A stretch of DNA of 64,000 bases from Anaerolineae bacterium (GTDB lineage Bacteria > Chloroflexota > Anaerolineae > CG2-30-64-16), in NCBI GenBank assembly GCA_038214535.1, contig JBBQRS010000001.1, positions 32,620-96,619 of the forward strand. Reading direction: 5' to 3'. A program made the position numbers and the translations under genes. The notes under the pieces were generated by a model, which saw only the letters and a list, made by a program, of their open reading frames with translations, had not been told where the DNA came from and did no database searches. The stretch's first letter is position 1. Each line of letters opens with the position of its first letter. This document shows, in pieces, positions 20,279 through 30,008 of the stretch.

Positions 20279-21863
20279 CGGCGTCCTCCTGGTCCGGCGT
20301 GACGCCGGCCATCAGCAAACCGAGTTGTTCGCGTGTCGCCGTTTTCGCATCCAGTGTCTCCAGGATCGTGCCTTTATACATGACGGCGATACGATCCGAT
20401 AATGCCATGATTTCGTCCAATTCAGCGCTGAAGAGTAGCACGGCTGCGCCCATGTCGCGCGCTTCCACGATCCGCCGGTGGATGAATTCGATGCTGCCGA
20501 CATCGAGTCCGCGCGTGGGCTGGCTGGCGACGAGGAACGGTGGATTAGGCGAGGCTCTGAGGTCGGGTTGATCCGGGCCGGTGATGCGCGAAAGCTCGCG
20601 CGCGACGATCACTTTCTGCTGGTTGCCGCCGGAAAGTGAGCCGGCGCTGGTCATGATGCCGGGCGTGCGCACGTCGTACATCTTCACCAGCGTCTCGGCT
20701 TCCTCGGTAATGACGGGGTAATCCAGCTCTACACCGTCGGCGAACGGGGCGCGATAATAGGTGCATAGCACGATGTTGTCGCGGACAGGGTAAGCCAGCA
20801 CTAGCCCATGCTTGTGGCGATCTTCGGGAATATGCGCCATGCCGCCTTCCACCAGGCGCCGCGGCGTGAAGCGTGTGGTCTCCTGCCCGTTGATGAGTAT
20901 CTGCCCGTCGCTGGCGGTGCGCAGCCCGGTCAGGGCCTCTGCCAGCTCCGTTTGCCCGTTGCCTTGCACGCCGGCGATACCGAGGATCTCACCGCCGCGC
21001 GCCTCGAACGAAATCCCATCCACGACCATGTGCCGGCGGTCATCTGCCACGCGCAAGTTTTCGACGCGCACCACTGTGGATGTAGGCACGGCCGGATCCT
21101 TTTCGATCTGTAGAAGCACCTCGCGGCCAACCATCATTTCCGCCAGCGTCGCGCGCGTCGCATTTTTCGGGCTGACGCTGCCCACCATTTGCCCGGCGCG
21201 CATCACGCTGATCGTGTCGGCCACGGCCAGCACTTCGCGCAGTTTGTGGGTGATGAAGATGATGGACTTGCCCTGTGAAACCATCTCGCGCATGATGACG
21301 AACAGGTCATCGGCTTCCTGCGGCGTCAGCACGGCTGTCGGTTCGTCGAGGATCAGGATTTCCGCGTTACGATAGAGCGCCTTCAGGATTTCGACGCGCT
21401 GTTGCGCGCCGACGGTCAGGTCCTGGATATACGCGTCGGGATCCACGGCCAGCCCATATTGCGTGCTCAACTGGCGGATGCGTGCGGCCGCGGTGTCCTG
21501 ATCCAGCACGGCCAGGCCGCCCATGAATTTCGTGCGTGGCAGCAACGACTCCTGACCCAGCATGATGTTTTCTGTGACGGTGAGCGGGGGGACGAGCATG
21601 AAGTGCTGATGCACCATGCCGATCCCTTTGGCAATCGCATCGTGGGGGCCGGAGAATTGCACCGGTTGGCCGTTCACCTTGATCTCGCCCTCATCGGGTG
21701 CGTAGAGGCCATAGAGGACGTTCATCAACGTGGATTTACCGGCGCCGTTTTCACCCAACAGCGCATGGATTTCCCCCTGCTCCAGGGTCAGATCCACGTG
21801 ATCGTTGGCGAGCACGCCCGGAAAGCGCTTGGTAATGCCGATAGCTTCGAGGGCCGGCGTCAT
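20271..21863 (-). CDS. CUT2/nucleoside ABC transporter ATP-binding protein
   Basis: GENGAGKST, MVHQHFML, LSGGNQQK and PTRGLD; AGGAG SD before ATG 21863. Confidence 0.92.
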   Translation of the reverse strand: MTPALEAIGITKRFPGVLANDHVDLTLEQGEIHALLGENGAGKSTLMNVLYGLYAPDEGEIKVNGQPVQFSGPHDAIAKGIGMVHQHFMLVPPLTVTENIMLGQESLLPRTKFMGGLAVLDQDTAAARIRQLSTQYGLAVDPDAYIQDLTVGAQQRVEILKALYRNAEILILDEPTAVLTPQEADDLFVIMREMVSQGKSIIFITHKLREVLAVADTISVMRAGQMVGSVSPKNATRATLAEMMVGREVLLQIEKDPAVPTSTVVRVENLRVADDRRHMVVDGISFEARGGEILGIAGVQGNGQTELAEALTGLRTASDGQILINGQETTRFTPRRLVEGGMAHIPEDRHKHGLVLAYPVRDNIVLCTYYRAPFADGVELDYPVITEEAETLVKMYDVRTPGIMTSAGSLSGGNQQKVIVARELSRITGPDQPDLRASPNPPFLVASQPTRGLDVGSIEFIHRRIVEARDMGAAVLLFSAELDEIMALSDRIAVMYKGTILETLDAKTATREQLGLLMAGVTPDQEDADG

Positions 21864-21955
21864 GGCTTGCTCCTGTTTTACGCCGCCGACCGGTTCCGGC
21901 ATTGATCCGGCGGGCTCCCGGCGGCGCAATTCAAGCGATAAACTGCACAGGTAAC

Positions 21956-22002
21956 AAAAGGGTGCTGCCCTCCCGATGGAGCGGGATACTACAGCACCCT
22001 TT
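21956..22002 (-). terminator. Hairpin/terminator between the BMP and ATPase genes
   Basis: AAGGGTGCTG...CAGCACCCTT stem followed by T residues on minus. Confidence 0.6.
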
Positions 22003-22084
22003 CAAGGACGAGGGTTTAATCAACCGCCGGCTGTCGCCCTGAATGCGGCAGGTGATGCTCGCTGATTCAGGGTTGCCTGCGCTC

Positions 22085-23158
22085 TTACGGCTGGTAGCCC
22101 GTCTTGAGCGTGCCGGCGATGATGCCGTCGGTCGCTTCCTTGATTTTGTCTTTCACGGTTTGCGGGACCTTGTCTTCCCAGCTGTGGAAGGGGGCCAGGC
22201 CCACGCCGCCGTTCTTCAGGTTGGCGGTCTGGATGCCGCCGGCCGCCGTACCGTCTTGCAGGGTCTCCAGATAGTTGAACACGGCCGTGTCAACGTTCTT
22301 TGCCGCACTGCTTAACAGGGCGTTCTGGACTTCGGGGTAGGTGAAGAACTGATCCACATCCACGCCGATCGCCATCAGGCCATTTTCGCTGGCCGCCAAC
22401 AGACCGCCGTTGCCGGTGTTGCCGCCGACGCCGAACACCACGTCGCAGCCTTGGTCAATCATGCTCTGGCCGGTTTCCTTGCCCTTGGCCGGATCGGTGA
22501 AAGAGGGGATGTAGACATTCAGGGACTTGGCGTCCGACTTCATCCACGTCGCGCCGTTCTGGTAACCGACGACGAAGCGCACCACGGGCGGGATTTCCAT
22601 ACCGGCGACGGAGCAAACCGTGCCGGTCTGGGTCATGCCCGCGGCCAGCACGCCCGCCAGGAAGCCAACTTCATCTTCCTGGAACATCAGGCTGGTGACG
22701 TTCTTCAGGCCGCCGTCGTCATAGCAGTCCTTGACGTCCGCGCCGCAGGCCGCCGAGCCTTCGGTCGGGAAGTAAGCGTTGTCCACAATCGCGAACTTGA
22801 TGTCGGGGTATTGCCGCGCCTTGACGGCGGTGGCGTCGCCCATCAGGAACCCGACCGTGATGATCGCGTCGTAGCCTTCGGTTGCGAACTGATCAATGTT
22901 CTTTTCGTAGTCGGTGGGCTGCTTCGATTCGATGAACTTCGCATCAATGCCCAGATCTGCCATGCTCTTCTGGACGCCGGCCCATGCCGACTGGTTGAAC
23001 GATTTGTCATTCACGCCGCCAACGTCGGTGACCATGCCGACTTTGAGCTTCTTGGCGGTGTCTGCTGCGCCCGGCGCGGTTGCCGGCGCGGCGCATGCCG
23101 AGATCAAGATGCTCGCCAGTACCAGCACCGTGATGAAAACGACCGATCGCTTCTGCAT
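22085..23158 (-). CDS. BMP-family (PnrA/TmpC-like) substrate-binding lipoprotein
   Basis: Lipobox LISAC; TDVGGVNDKSFNQ and IGVDVDQ; GGAGGAG SD before ATG 23158. Confidence 0.92.
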   Translation of the reverse strand: MQKRSVVFITVLVLASILISACAAPATAPGAADTAKKLKVGMVTDVGGVNDKSFNQSAWAGVQKSMADLGIDAKFIESKQPTDYEKNIDQFATEGYDAIITVGFLMGDATAVKARQYPDIKFAIVDNAYFPTEGSAACGADVKDCYDDGGLKNVTSLMFQEDEVGFLAGVLAAGMTQTGTVCSVAGMEIPPVVRFVVGYQNGATWMKSDAKSLNVYIPSFTDPAKGKETGQSMIDQGCDVVFGVGGNTGNGGLLAASENGLMAIGVDVDQFFTYPEVQNALLSSAAKNVDTAVFNYLETLQDGTAAGGIQTANLKNGGVGLAPFHSWEDKVPQTVKDKIKEATDGIIAGTLKTGYQP

Positions 23159-23516
23159 TGTAACTCTCCTCCGTGAGAATATGGGGTAAACTGAGGACAT
23201 GGAACGCACTCGTTCCTGTTCATTCGGTAAGGACATCTTCGCATTCGCCCAGATTTCGTCCATGACGGAACGCCATAGTCGAACGCCGGCTCGATCATCA
23301 CCTCCTCTCCATAGTTCGGAGGTTTCAGGGAAGCAAGCAGAGCGATGCGCCAGGGTGACGAGGCCACGGCGGGCTGCTTCTTCCCACATTTTACCCTAGT
23401 TTGTAATGACGCTTTCATTATACGCCAACCACAATCCGGTCGCAAATCCGGTGGGGATTCCAAAACGCATTCACTTATAGCGTGTATAGCGTGTTTGCCC
23501 TGAAAAAAGTCTGCGT

Positions 23517-23545
23517 TTGACAGATGGCGCAACCAAAGATAGACT
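23517..23545 (+). promoter_or_regulatory. sigma70-type promoter for the subtilase gene
   Basis: TTGACA-17 bp-TAGACT, preceded by a tandem TATAGCGTG x2 at 23476-23493. Confidence 0.6.
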
Positions 23546-23785
23546 ATACGCGTAATGCTCATTACTTTGCGGTGAGCATCGGTTCAAGCGGAGTTTTGCA
23601 ATGCAGTTTTATTCCTTTTGTCATGCTCCGTGTCGTTCACCTCACTAACCGTTGGCCGGATGTTCTACATCCGCGCCCCTGCCAGTAGTTTTGCGAAAGA
23701 AAGGAGGGTGGCCTACCGCAGAATAGCCTTCGGTGGCCTCGGTTGCGTTTAAACCCCAACAATCTCACAGTGGAGGATTGCCAGG

Positions 23786-26764
23786 ATGAAGAAGGCCTTC
23801 GTAGTATTCACCGTATTTTTGATCTTGTCCATGGCTTTGCCTGTGGCGGCGCAGGAAGCCGGCCCCGGTGCAGCGGCTGATCAGGGCAAGATGAGCGGCA
23901 AATCGGTCTATGCTGTTTTGATGGCGATGGACCCGGTCGTCGCATATCAGGGCGATGTGGCCGGTCTTGCGGCGACTTCCGCCGCTAAGGGCGATACGAT
24001 TAACTTCCAGAGTGCAGCCGTCGAAGCTTACACCAGCTTCCTGGCTCAGTCGCACGCCACCACGATGGCGCAGGCCGGCGTGGACGCTTCGGCCCTGGTG
24101 TACAATTACTTCTTCGCGTTGAACGGCTTTGCGGCCGTGATGACCCCCGCGCAGGCCGCGCAAGTTGCGAAGCAACCCGGCGTGGTCTCGGTGCATGAGG
24201 CCCAATTGCGCCAGAAGACCACGGACGCCTCCCCGACCTTCCTGGGGTTGAACGTTTACCGTGGGCCCTGGTACAAGGGCATTACGGGCAAGGGCGTGGT
24301 CGTCGGCGTCATTGACACCGGCATCTGGCCCGAGCACCCCAGCTTCGCCGATGACGGCAAGTATAAGGCGCCCCCTGCTGACTCTGCCGGCATTCCCTGC
24401 GAATTCGGCAACACGGCGCATAATCCCAACGACGCACCCTTCACCTGCAATAACAAGCTGATCGGTGCGCGCGAAGTGCTCGACACCTACAAGCTGTTGA
24501 CCGGCCTGGACCCGGAAGAGTTCGATTCGGCCCGTGACGATGACGGGCACGGCACGCACACCGCCTCGACGGCGGCAGGCAACGCCGGCGTCGCAGCCCA
24601 GATGCTGGGCATCCCGCGCGGGACCATCTCCGGCATTGCGCCGCGTGCGCATGTTGTAGCCTACAAGGCCCTGGGCGCGCTGGGCGGCTATACCTCCGAC
24701 CTGGCGGCGGCGATTGACCAGGCCGTGGCCGACGGTGTGGATGTGATCAACTATTCCATCGGCGGTGGGGCCAGCCTGCCCGCCGAAGATGAGATCGCCT
24801 TCCTGTTCGCGGCTGACGCCGGTGTGTTCGTCGCCACCTCGGCGGGGAACTCCGGCCCGAACCCGGCGACGTTGGGCAACCCGGGCACGATGCCCTGGAT
24901 GACCACGGTGGGCGCGAGCACGCAGTCGCGCTTTTTCGAGGCTACGATCACGCTGGGTAACGGCGCGGTCTACAGCGGCGCTTCGATCACCAATGGCACG
25001 GGCGTATTGCCGCTGGTTGATGCGGCGGCGGCCGGCAGCGAACTGTGCTTGCCCGGTGGCCTGAATCCTGCGGTGGTCTCCGGTAAGATCGTGCTTTGCA
25101 AGCGCGGCGTCAATGCGCGCGCCGAGAAGAGCTACGCCGTTTTCATTGCGGGCGGCGCCGGCATGATCCTGTACAACACGAACGATGTGGATAACCTCTA
25201 TAGCGACCCGCACTGGGTGCCCTCGGTCCACATTGATAACACGCCGGGCCTGGCGATCAAGAGCTACATTGCCGGCGACGCCAATCCGACGGCGCAACTG
25301 AGCGCGGGCGTGGTGGGCAACTGGCCCTATGCGCCTTCGATGACGGTCTTCTCTTCGCGCGGCCCCAACCCGGTTGCGCCGGATCTCATCAAGCCCGACG
25401 TGACGGCCCCCGGTCTGCAGATCCTGGCCGGCAACTCGCCGATGCCTTCGGATCCCACCGTCCTTTCGGGCGAGCTGTTCCAGGCTATCGCCGGTACCTC
25501 CATGTCGAGCCCGCACGTGGCCGGTGTGTTCGCGCTGCTGAAGCAGGCGCACCCCGAGTGGAGCGCTGCGGCGGCCAAGTCGGCCCTGATGACGACGGCG
25601 TATCAGGATGTGCTGGATAACAACCGCACCTCCCCCGCCGATCCGTTCGACATGGGCGCCGGTCACATCCGGCCCGGCGGCGAATGGACCGCGAAGAACA
25701 ACATCAGCGACCCCGGCCTGGTCTATGATGCCGGCCTGTTCGAATATGCCGCATTCACCTGTGGCATGGACTGGGGTGTCTTCACCGCGGGGAGTTGTGC
25801 TTTCCTGGAATCCATCGGCGTTCCGACCGAACCCTACAACCTGAATGTGCCCTCGATCGGCATCTCGGATGTGCCCGGCACGATCACCGTGATGCGCACA
25901 GTGCGCGCCGATGGCAAGAGCCCGAAGCGCACCTACACGGCTGAAGTGGCGGCGCCTCCCGGTTACGAGGTCACGGTAAGCCCTTCGACCTTCGTGATCG
26001 GCGCGGGCGGCACGCAGACCTTCGAGGTGACGATCACCAACGTCAGCGCGCCGGCGGGCGAGTGGCGCTTCGGCTCGCTGACCTGGAAGGATAAGAGCGG
26101 GTTCTACAAGGTCTACAGCCCGATCGCGGCGAAGGGCTCGCTCTTCTCTGCGCCCGCGTCTGTCTCGGGTTCCGGTACTGAAGGCTCCATCGAGTTCAAC
26201 GTGACCTTCGGTTATACCGGCGTGTACACTGCTGCGCCGCATGGCCTGGTTCCGGCGACGGTGACCAGCGACAACGTGGTGCAGGACCCGGATTCGACCT
26301 TCGATCCGAACGACGGCTACTCAAACCTGCACGAGTTCAACTTGTCCGGCGCGGCGTTCTTCCGTGTCCGGATCCCGCCGTGGGCGACGGAACCGGACGC
26401 CGATCTGGATGTGTTCGTTTACAATCCGCTCGGCGTTCAGGTGGCCAGTAGCACGGCCGGCGGCACCGATGAGCTGGTTGACATCACCCTGCCGATGGAC
26501 GGCACGTGGAAGGTATACGTACACGGTTGGGCGGCCCCGGGCGGCGACTCGGACTACGACATGTTCACATGGGCAGTCCCGTTGGCCACCGGCGGCAGCC
26601 TGGTGCTGGATTCGGCGCCGACCTCTGCGGTCAGCGGCACGGTTGCCTCCATCCAGGTAAGCTGGAGCGGGCTGGCCGACGAGTGGTACCTGGGTGCAGT
26701 CTCGCACACCGGGCCTTCCGGTCTGATGGGTCTGACCCTGGTCGAAGTTGATAATCTCCCTTAA
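23786..26764 (+). CDS. Secreted S8 subtilisin-like serine protease (I9 propeptide, PA domain, Fn3-like and C-terminal domains)
   Basis: Signal peptide; catalytic triad motifs IDTG, HGTHTAST and GTSMSSPHVAG; PA domain GKIVLCKRG. Confidence 0.95.
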   Translation: MKKAFVVFTVFLILSMALPVAAQEAGPGAAADQGKMSGKSVYAVLMAMDPVVAYQGDVAGLAATSAAKGDTINFQSAAVEAYTSFLAQSHATTMAQAGVDASALVYNYFFALNGFAAVMTPAQAAQVAKQPGVVSVHEAQLRQKTTDASPTFLGLNVYRGPWYKGITGKGVVVGVIDTGIWPEHPSFADDGKYKAPPADSAGIPCEFGNTAHNPNDAPFTCNNKLIGAREVLDTYKLLTGLDPEEFDSARDDDGHGTHTASTAAGNAGVAAQMLGIPRGTISGIAPRAHVVAYKALGALGGYTSDLAAAIDQAVADGVDVINYSIGGGASLPAEDEIAFLFAADAGVFVATSAGNSGPNPATLGNPGTMPWMTTVGASTQSRFFEATITLGNGAVYSGASITNGTGVLPLVDAAAAGSELCLPGGLNPAVVSGKIVLCKRGVNARAEKSYAVFIAGGAGMILYNTNDVDNLYSDPHWVPSVHIDNTPGLAIKSYIAGDANPTAQLSAGVVGNWPYAPSMTVFSSRGPNPVAPDLIKPDVTAPGLQILAGNSPMPSDPTVLSGELFQAIAGTSMSSPHVAGVFALLKQAHPEWSAAAAKSALMTTAYQDVLDNNRTSPADPFDMGAGHIRPGGEWTAKNNISDPGLVYDAGLFEYAAFTCGMDWGVFTAGSCAFLESIGVPTEPYNLNVPSIGISDVPGTITVMRTVRADGKSPKRTYTAEVAAPPGYEVTVSPSTFVIGAGGTQTFEVTITNVSAPAGEWRFGSLTWKDKSGFYKVYSPIAAKGSLFSAPASVSGSGTEGSIEFNVTFGYTGVYTAAPHGLVPATVTSDNVVQDPDSTFDPNDGYSNLHEFNLSGAAFFRVRIPPWATEPDADLDVFVYNPLGVQVASSTAGGTDELVDITLPMDGTWKVYVHGWAAPGGDSDYDMFTWAVPLATGGSLVLDSAPTSAVSGTVASIQVSWSGLADEWYLGAVSHTGPSGLMGLTLVEVDNLP

Positions 26765-26804
26765 CCGAACGCCCTGCAAGGGGCTGAGCGGTCCGTAAAT
26801 ACCG

Positions 26805-26850
26805 ACCGCCCGTCTCTGTGGAGTAATCCACAGGGACGGGCGGTATTTTT
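26805..26850 (+). terminator. Rho-independent terminator of the subtilase gene
   Basis: ACCGCCCGTCTCTGTGGA-GTAA-TCCACAGGGACGGGCGGT followed by ATTTTT. Confidence 0.8.
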
Positions 26851-26880
26851 GTATTAGAACCTGGAGTCTTCACGCGACGT

Positions 26881-26906
26881 TGCGCATCTGAGGATGCGCA
26901 CTCCGC
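26881..26906. repeat. REP family C half copy (GCGCATCTGAGGATGCGCACTCC)
   Basis: Identical to the right arm of the pair at 56804-56870. Confidence 0.7.
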
Positions 26907-26919
26907 GAGGTCGTGATTG

Positions 26920-27522
26920 CTACATATCTTCCCCACCCCCGCCGGGAAGCTGCAACTCATCGAAAGACGGCGGCGCGCCCGATTCGTTTGTCAACTCGCA
27001 CAGGAAGAGGCCGCGGCGTCCGCCATTGTGGTAGTTATAGAGTTGATCCCCGGCGCGCAGTTGGATAAACGCGCCGTCCTGCGGTACCTGGATGTACATC
27101 ATATCGGGCTGCGGGCAACCGATGCTCGCGTCGGGCCAGACCACCGCCTGCGCCTCCACCACGGTAATCTCCTCCGGTGCGATGCTCAATTTCTGCGCCA
27201 GGTCGTTCACGGCGCGTTGCACCAAAGGCTCCATGGCCGGGTCGTAAACCGGCGCGGCGAATGGCGTTTCGTTCATCGGGGTTTCCTCTACAGACGGCGT
27301 CGCCGTGGATGTTACCACGGCTGTGGGTGGTGGCATCATGGGGGTCGCAGTTTCAACCGCGACAGTATCCGTGCTCGTGGTCGTTGCCTCGAGCACAGGA
27401 GTTTGGGTCAGCAGGGGGACATCGGCGGCGGGCGGCAGCGGTTGGCAGCCCGCGACCAGCAGCACAAGCCCTGTAATCAACACGGCCCCGAATGGCGGCC
27501 GATGCATTAAGTTTGTCTTCAT
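26920..27522 (-). CDS. Hypothetical lipoprotein
   Basis: Lipobox LVAGC, Thr/Pro linker, and a C-terminal domain with WPDASIGCPQP...YNYH. Confidence 0.7.
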   Translation of the reverse strand: MKTNLMHRPPFGAVLITGLVLLVAGCQPLPPAADVPLLTQTPVLEATTTSTDTVAVETATPMMPPPTAVVTSTATPSVEETPMNETPFAAPVYDPAMEPLVQRAVNDLAQKLSIAPEEITVVEAQAVVWPDASIGCPQPDMMYIQVPQDGAFIQLRAGDQLYNYHNGGRRGLFLCELTNESGAPPSFDELQLPGGGGEDM

Positions 27523-27590
27523 GGCATCTTCTCCCTGGCGCAGTCACTGTTTCTTCTTGTAAGACGCATGACGTTATGCCCCGGTTCCCG

Positions 27591-28862
27591 TCAGTTGCCC
27601 GCGCCGTTGGTGGGAATCGCCTGCTTGCGTTCCAACTCGCGCAACTCCATGCGGGCGCGCCGTCCGTTATCCGGCAGGATGTAATCGCTTTGCAGGGCCA
27701 GGTTCAACCACTGCACGGCTTCGTCATATTTGCCCTGCTTTATCAACACACCCCCGAGGTTCGCCGCCGCCTGTGCGTCTTCAGGGTCCAGGTCGAGCAT
27801 CGCCCGAAGCCGTTCCGCCTGGATGGTCAGCTTTTTGTCCTCGGAAAAGACGACGCCGACGTCGAAAATCATGTCGTACATGATTTCTTTCATCGACTCT
27901 TCTTTGAAGCGTTCGGCGCGGTGGCGAATCATGGCGCGGCTGCGCGGCACCAACATGTCCACCTCATGCACCGTGCGCACGGTAAGATGGGCGTCTTCAA
28001 GGTTGACTTTGGGGTAGATGGTGGCGTTTTCCTGGCCGCCGATTACGGCATTGATGAGTTGCTCGTCTTGCCCTTCCGTCAGTGAATAGAGCAGGATGGG
28101 ATACTCACAGGTGTTCTTTACCATCAGTGTGCCGTCTTTTTCTTCCACCGCAACTCTGCCCTTCAGGGCTGCATTCACGTCTTTGATCTTGAAGATCTCC
28201 TTCTTCGGATATCTCACGTCGAGCAAGAGGATGAATTGCAGGGAATAATCCTGAAAGATGCCGACATGCTCGTGCAGCACGCCGTCTTCAAGCAACTCCA
28301 TCACCACACGTTGGCCGATGAACTTCTCCAGGATGGCATCGAACTCGATGCCGACCAGTCCGAGCATGTCACTGCTGAGGCGCGTGATGGCGTCCTGTCC
28401 ACCTGTAGCGACTTTGGCCCGCCCGACCACCACGTTCATCATGTCGTTGAGGGAGGATGTGGCCGTCAACATAAAATTGCGGAACTTGCGATACAACCGG
28501 CACAGGGGGCGGGGGTGGAAGGAGCGCTCGATGTTTTGCTCGCGTCGGGCGTGCATTTCTTCATCCAACTGATGCGCGTAGCGATACATCGCCTGGATGG
28601 ATTGATATTCCGATCCGTAGAGCACATAGCTGGATTCGATGTGCTCGTCATCCTGCACCGTGTCGGGATATTGCAGCTCGACGCCGCTGGCGGCGACGTG
28701 CAAGATGCCCCAGATGGTCTTCCCGTTCGCCATTTCGAGCGTGACCTGGAAATCTTGCAGCGCTTTCAGGCAGCGGTCTTTGACGGTCGAGCGCATGTAC
28801 GCGGCGACCAGGGTCATTACGAAAATCAGGCCCAGGGTGATAAGGAGCGATGTATCTAGCAC
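27591..28862 (-). CDS. Membrane-anchored hypothetical protein with a C-terminal TPR
   Basis: N-terminal TM helix; LDPEDAQAAANLGGVLIKQGKYDEA is TPR-like. Confidence 0.7.
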   Translation of the reverse strand: MLDTSLLITLGLIFVMTLVAAYMRSTVKDRCLKALQDFQVTLEMANGKTIWGILHVAASGVELQYPDTVQDDEHIESSYVLYGSEYQSIQAMYRYAHQLDEEMHARREQNIERSFHPRPLCRLYRKFRNFMLTATSSLNDMMNVVVGRAKVATGGQDAITRLSSDMLGLVGIEFDAILEKFIGQRVVMELLEDGVLHEHVGIFQDYSLQFILLLDVRYPKKEIFKIKDVNAALKGRVAVEEKDGTLMVKNTCEYPILLYSLTEGQDEQLINAVIGGQENATIYPKVNLEDAHLTVRTVHEVDMLVPRSRAMIRHRAERFKEESMKEIMYDMIFDVGVVFSEDKKLTIQAERLRAMLDLDPEDAQAAANLGGVLIKQGKYDEAVQWLNLALQSDYILPDNGRRARMELRELERKQAIPTNGAGN

Positions 28863-29003
28863 AATCTTCTTACTTTAGCTCGCTACAGGTTGTCTACGCA
28901 AGGCGTTTGCGAACTTGCTCGACGATATATTCGTTGGTGGTGTGTAATTTCAGGAGACGCAAAATTCGATGGTGATACGCATATTTCCTCTGCGCGGCCC
29001 AAC

Positions 29004-29567
29004 TCAGCAGGGTGTGAGCCGCAACTCGTCAGTCGCCGACGCGCGAGTCTCCGCGGTGGCCAGGGCGATGATGCTCTGGATAAATTCGGTCTTACTCTTG
29101 GTATAGCGCGGCCGATCCAGGGCGAAGCGCTCGGCCAGGTCGCGTTTGAGCGCCTCATAAGCAACGGCCGTCTCGGGGTGTCGAAGCAAGTGATCGCGAA
29201 AGAGCAACAACCGGCGGCACTCGTCGGAACGGTCTTCCACGATGTGAAGGTGATGGGTGCGCGGTGCGCCCTTGCGGAAGAAGATGCGCACCGGCTCGAG
29301 GGGTTGATAACTGTGCGTGTACCCGAGCGGCTCCAGGCGCTGCGCATATTCGAGGATGGGGCTGAAGCGCGAAACCATGACCAGCAGGTCAATGACCGGC
29401 TTTGCGCGCAGGCCCGGAATGGCGGTGCTGCCGATATGTTGGATATCGGTGAGCATCCCTTTCAATGCCGCACAGACGGCGGTCTTTTCTTCCGCGAAGG
29501 CGGCCGGCCAGCGTGGGTCGTACTCCACGATGACGACCTGGTCGTTGTCGTGGTGAGCGTCGAGCAT
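29004..29567 (-). CDS. GrpB family protein
   Basis: HIGSTAIPGLRAKPVID, FRDHL and YTKSKTEFI. Confidence 0.88.
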   Translation of the reverse strand: MLDAHHDNDQVVIVEYDPRWPAAFAEEKTAVCAALKGMLTDIQHIGSTAIPGLRAKPVIDLLVMVSRFSPILEYAQRLEPLGYTHSYQPLEPVRIFFRKGAPRTHHLHIVEDRSDECRRLLLFRDHLLRHPETAVAYEALKRDLAERFALDRPRYTKSKTEFIQSIIALATAETRASATDELRLTPC

Positions 29568-29661
29568 CGGAGCGCGTCTCCTGAAGATGAGTTATCCCTT
29601 GCCTTTGGGACTACCTGCGCGGGCAGCTCCAAAGGCAAGGGATCAATCCTGGCATAGACTC

Positions 29662-29883
29662 TTAGTAGTCTCTTGGCATCCGGCGGGCTTCAGCGAACTG
29701 GGCCTCCATCTCGGCGCGTCGCTCCGCGGCGGCGCGTTTGCCTTCTTCAATCACCAGATCAATCCGACCGCGGATTTCTTCCTGCGTCTGCTTGCCTGAG
29801 CGCGGCGTCAGGAACAGCGTGGCACCGCCGCTGACCAGCCCACCGGCCAAGAAGCCGGCAATGAAATTCAATGTCCTGCCCAT
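29662..29883 (-). CDS. YtxH-domain small protein
   Basis: GFLAGGLVSGGATLFLTPRSGKQT; GGGAGG SD. Confidence 0.8.
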   Translation of the reverse strand: MGRTLNFIAGFLAGGLVSGGATLFLTPRSGKQTQEEIRGRIDLVIEEGKRAAAERRAEMEAQFAEARRMPRDY

Positions 29884-30008
29884 GTTCGCCTCCCATATTG
29901 TTACAAGATAGTATAGCACTAAGACGCTGGATTCGGCAATGTATCATCCCGTTGGGGCGTGTATTTTGCCGACTGAATCTAAGATCGAGTTTGTGATATC
30001 GCCTAGTC

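Noticed and set aside
23202-23215. GAAC-GCACTC-GTTC as a LexA box
   Set aside because: The spacer is 6 nt rather than 4, and it lies upstream of a transporter.
23765-26242. 825-aa minus-strand ORF
   Set aside because: Antisense shadow of the S8 protease.
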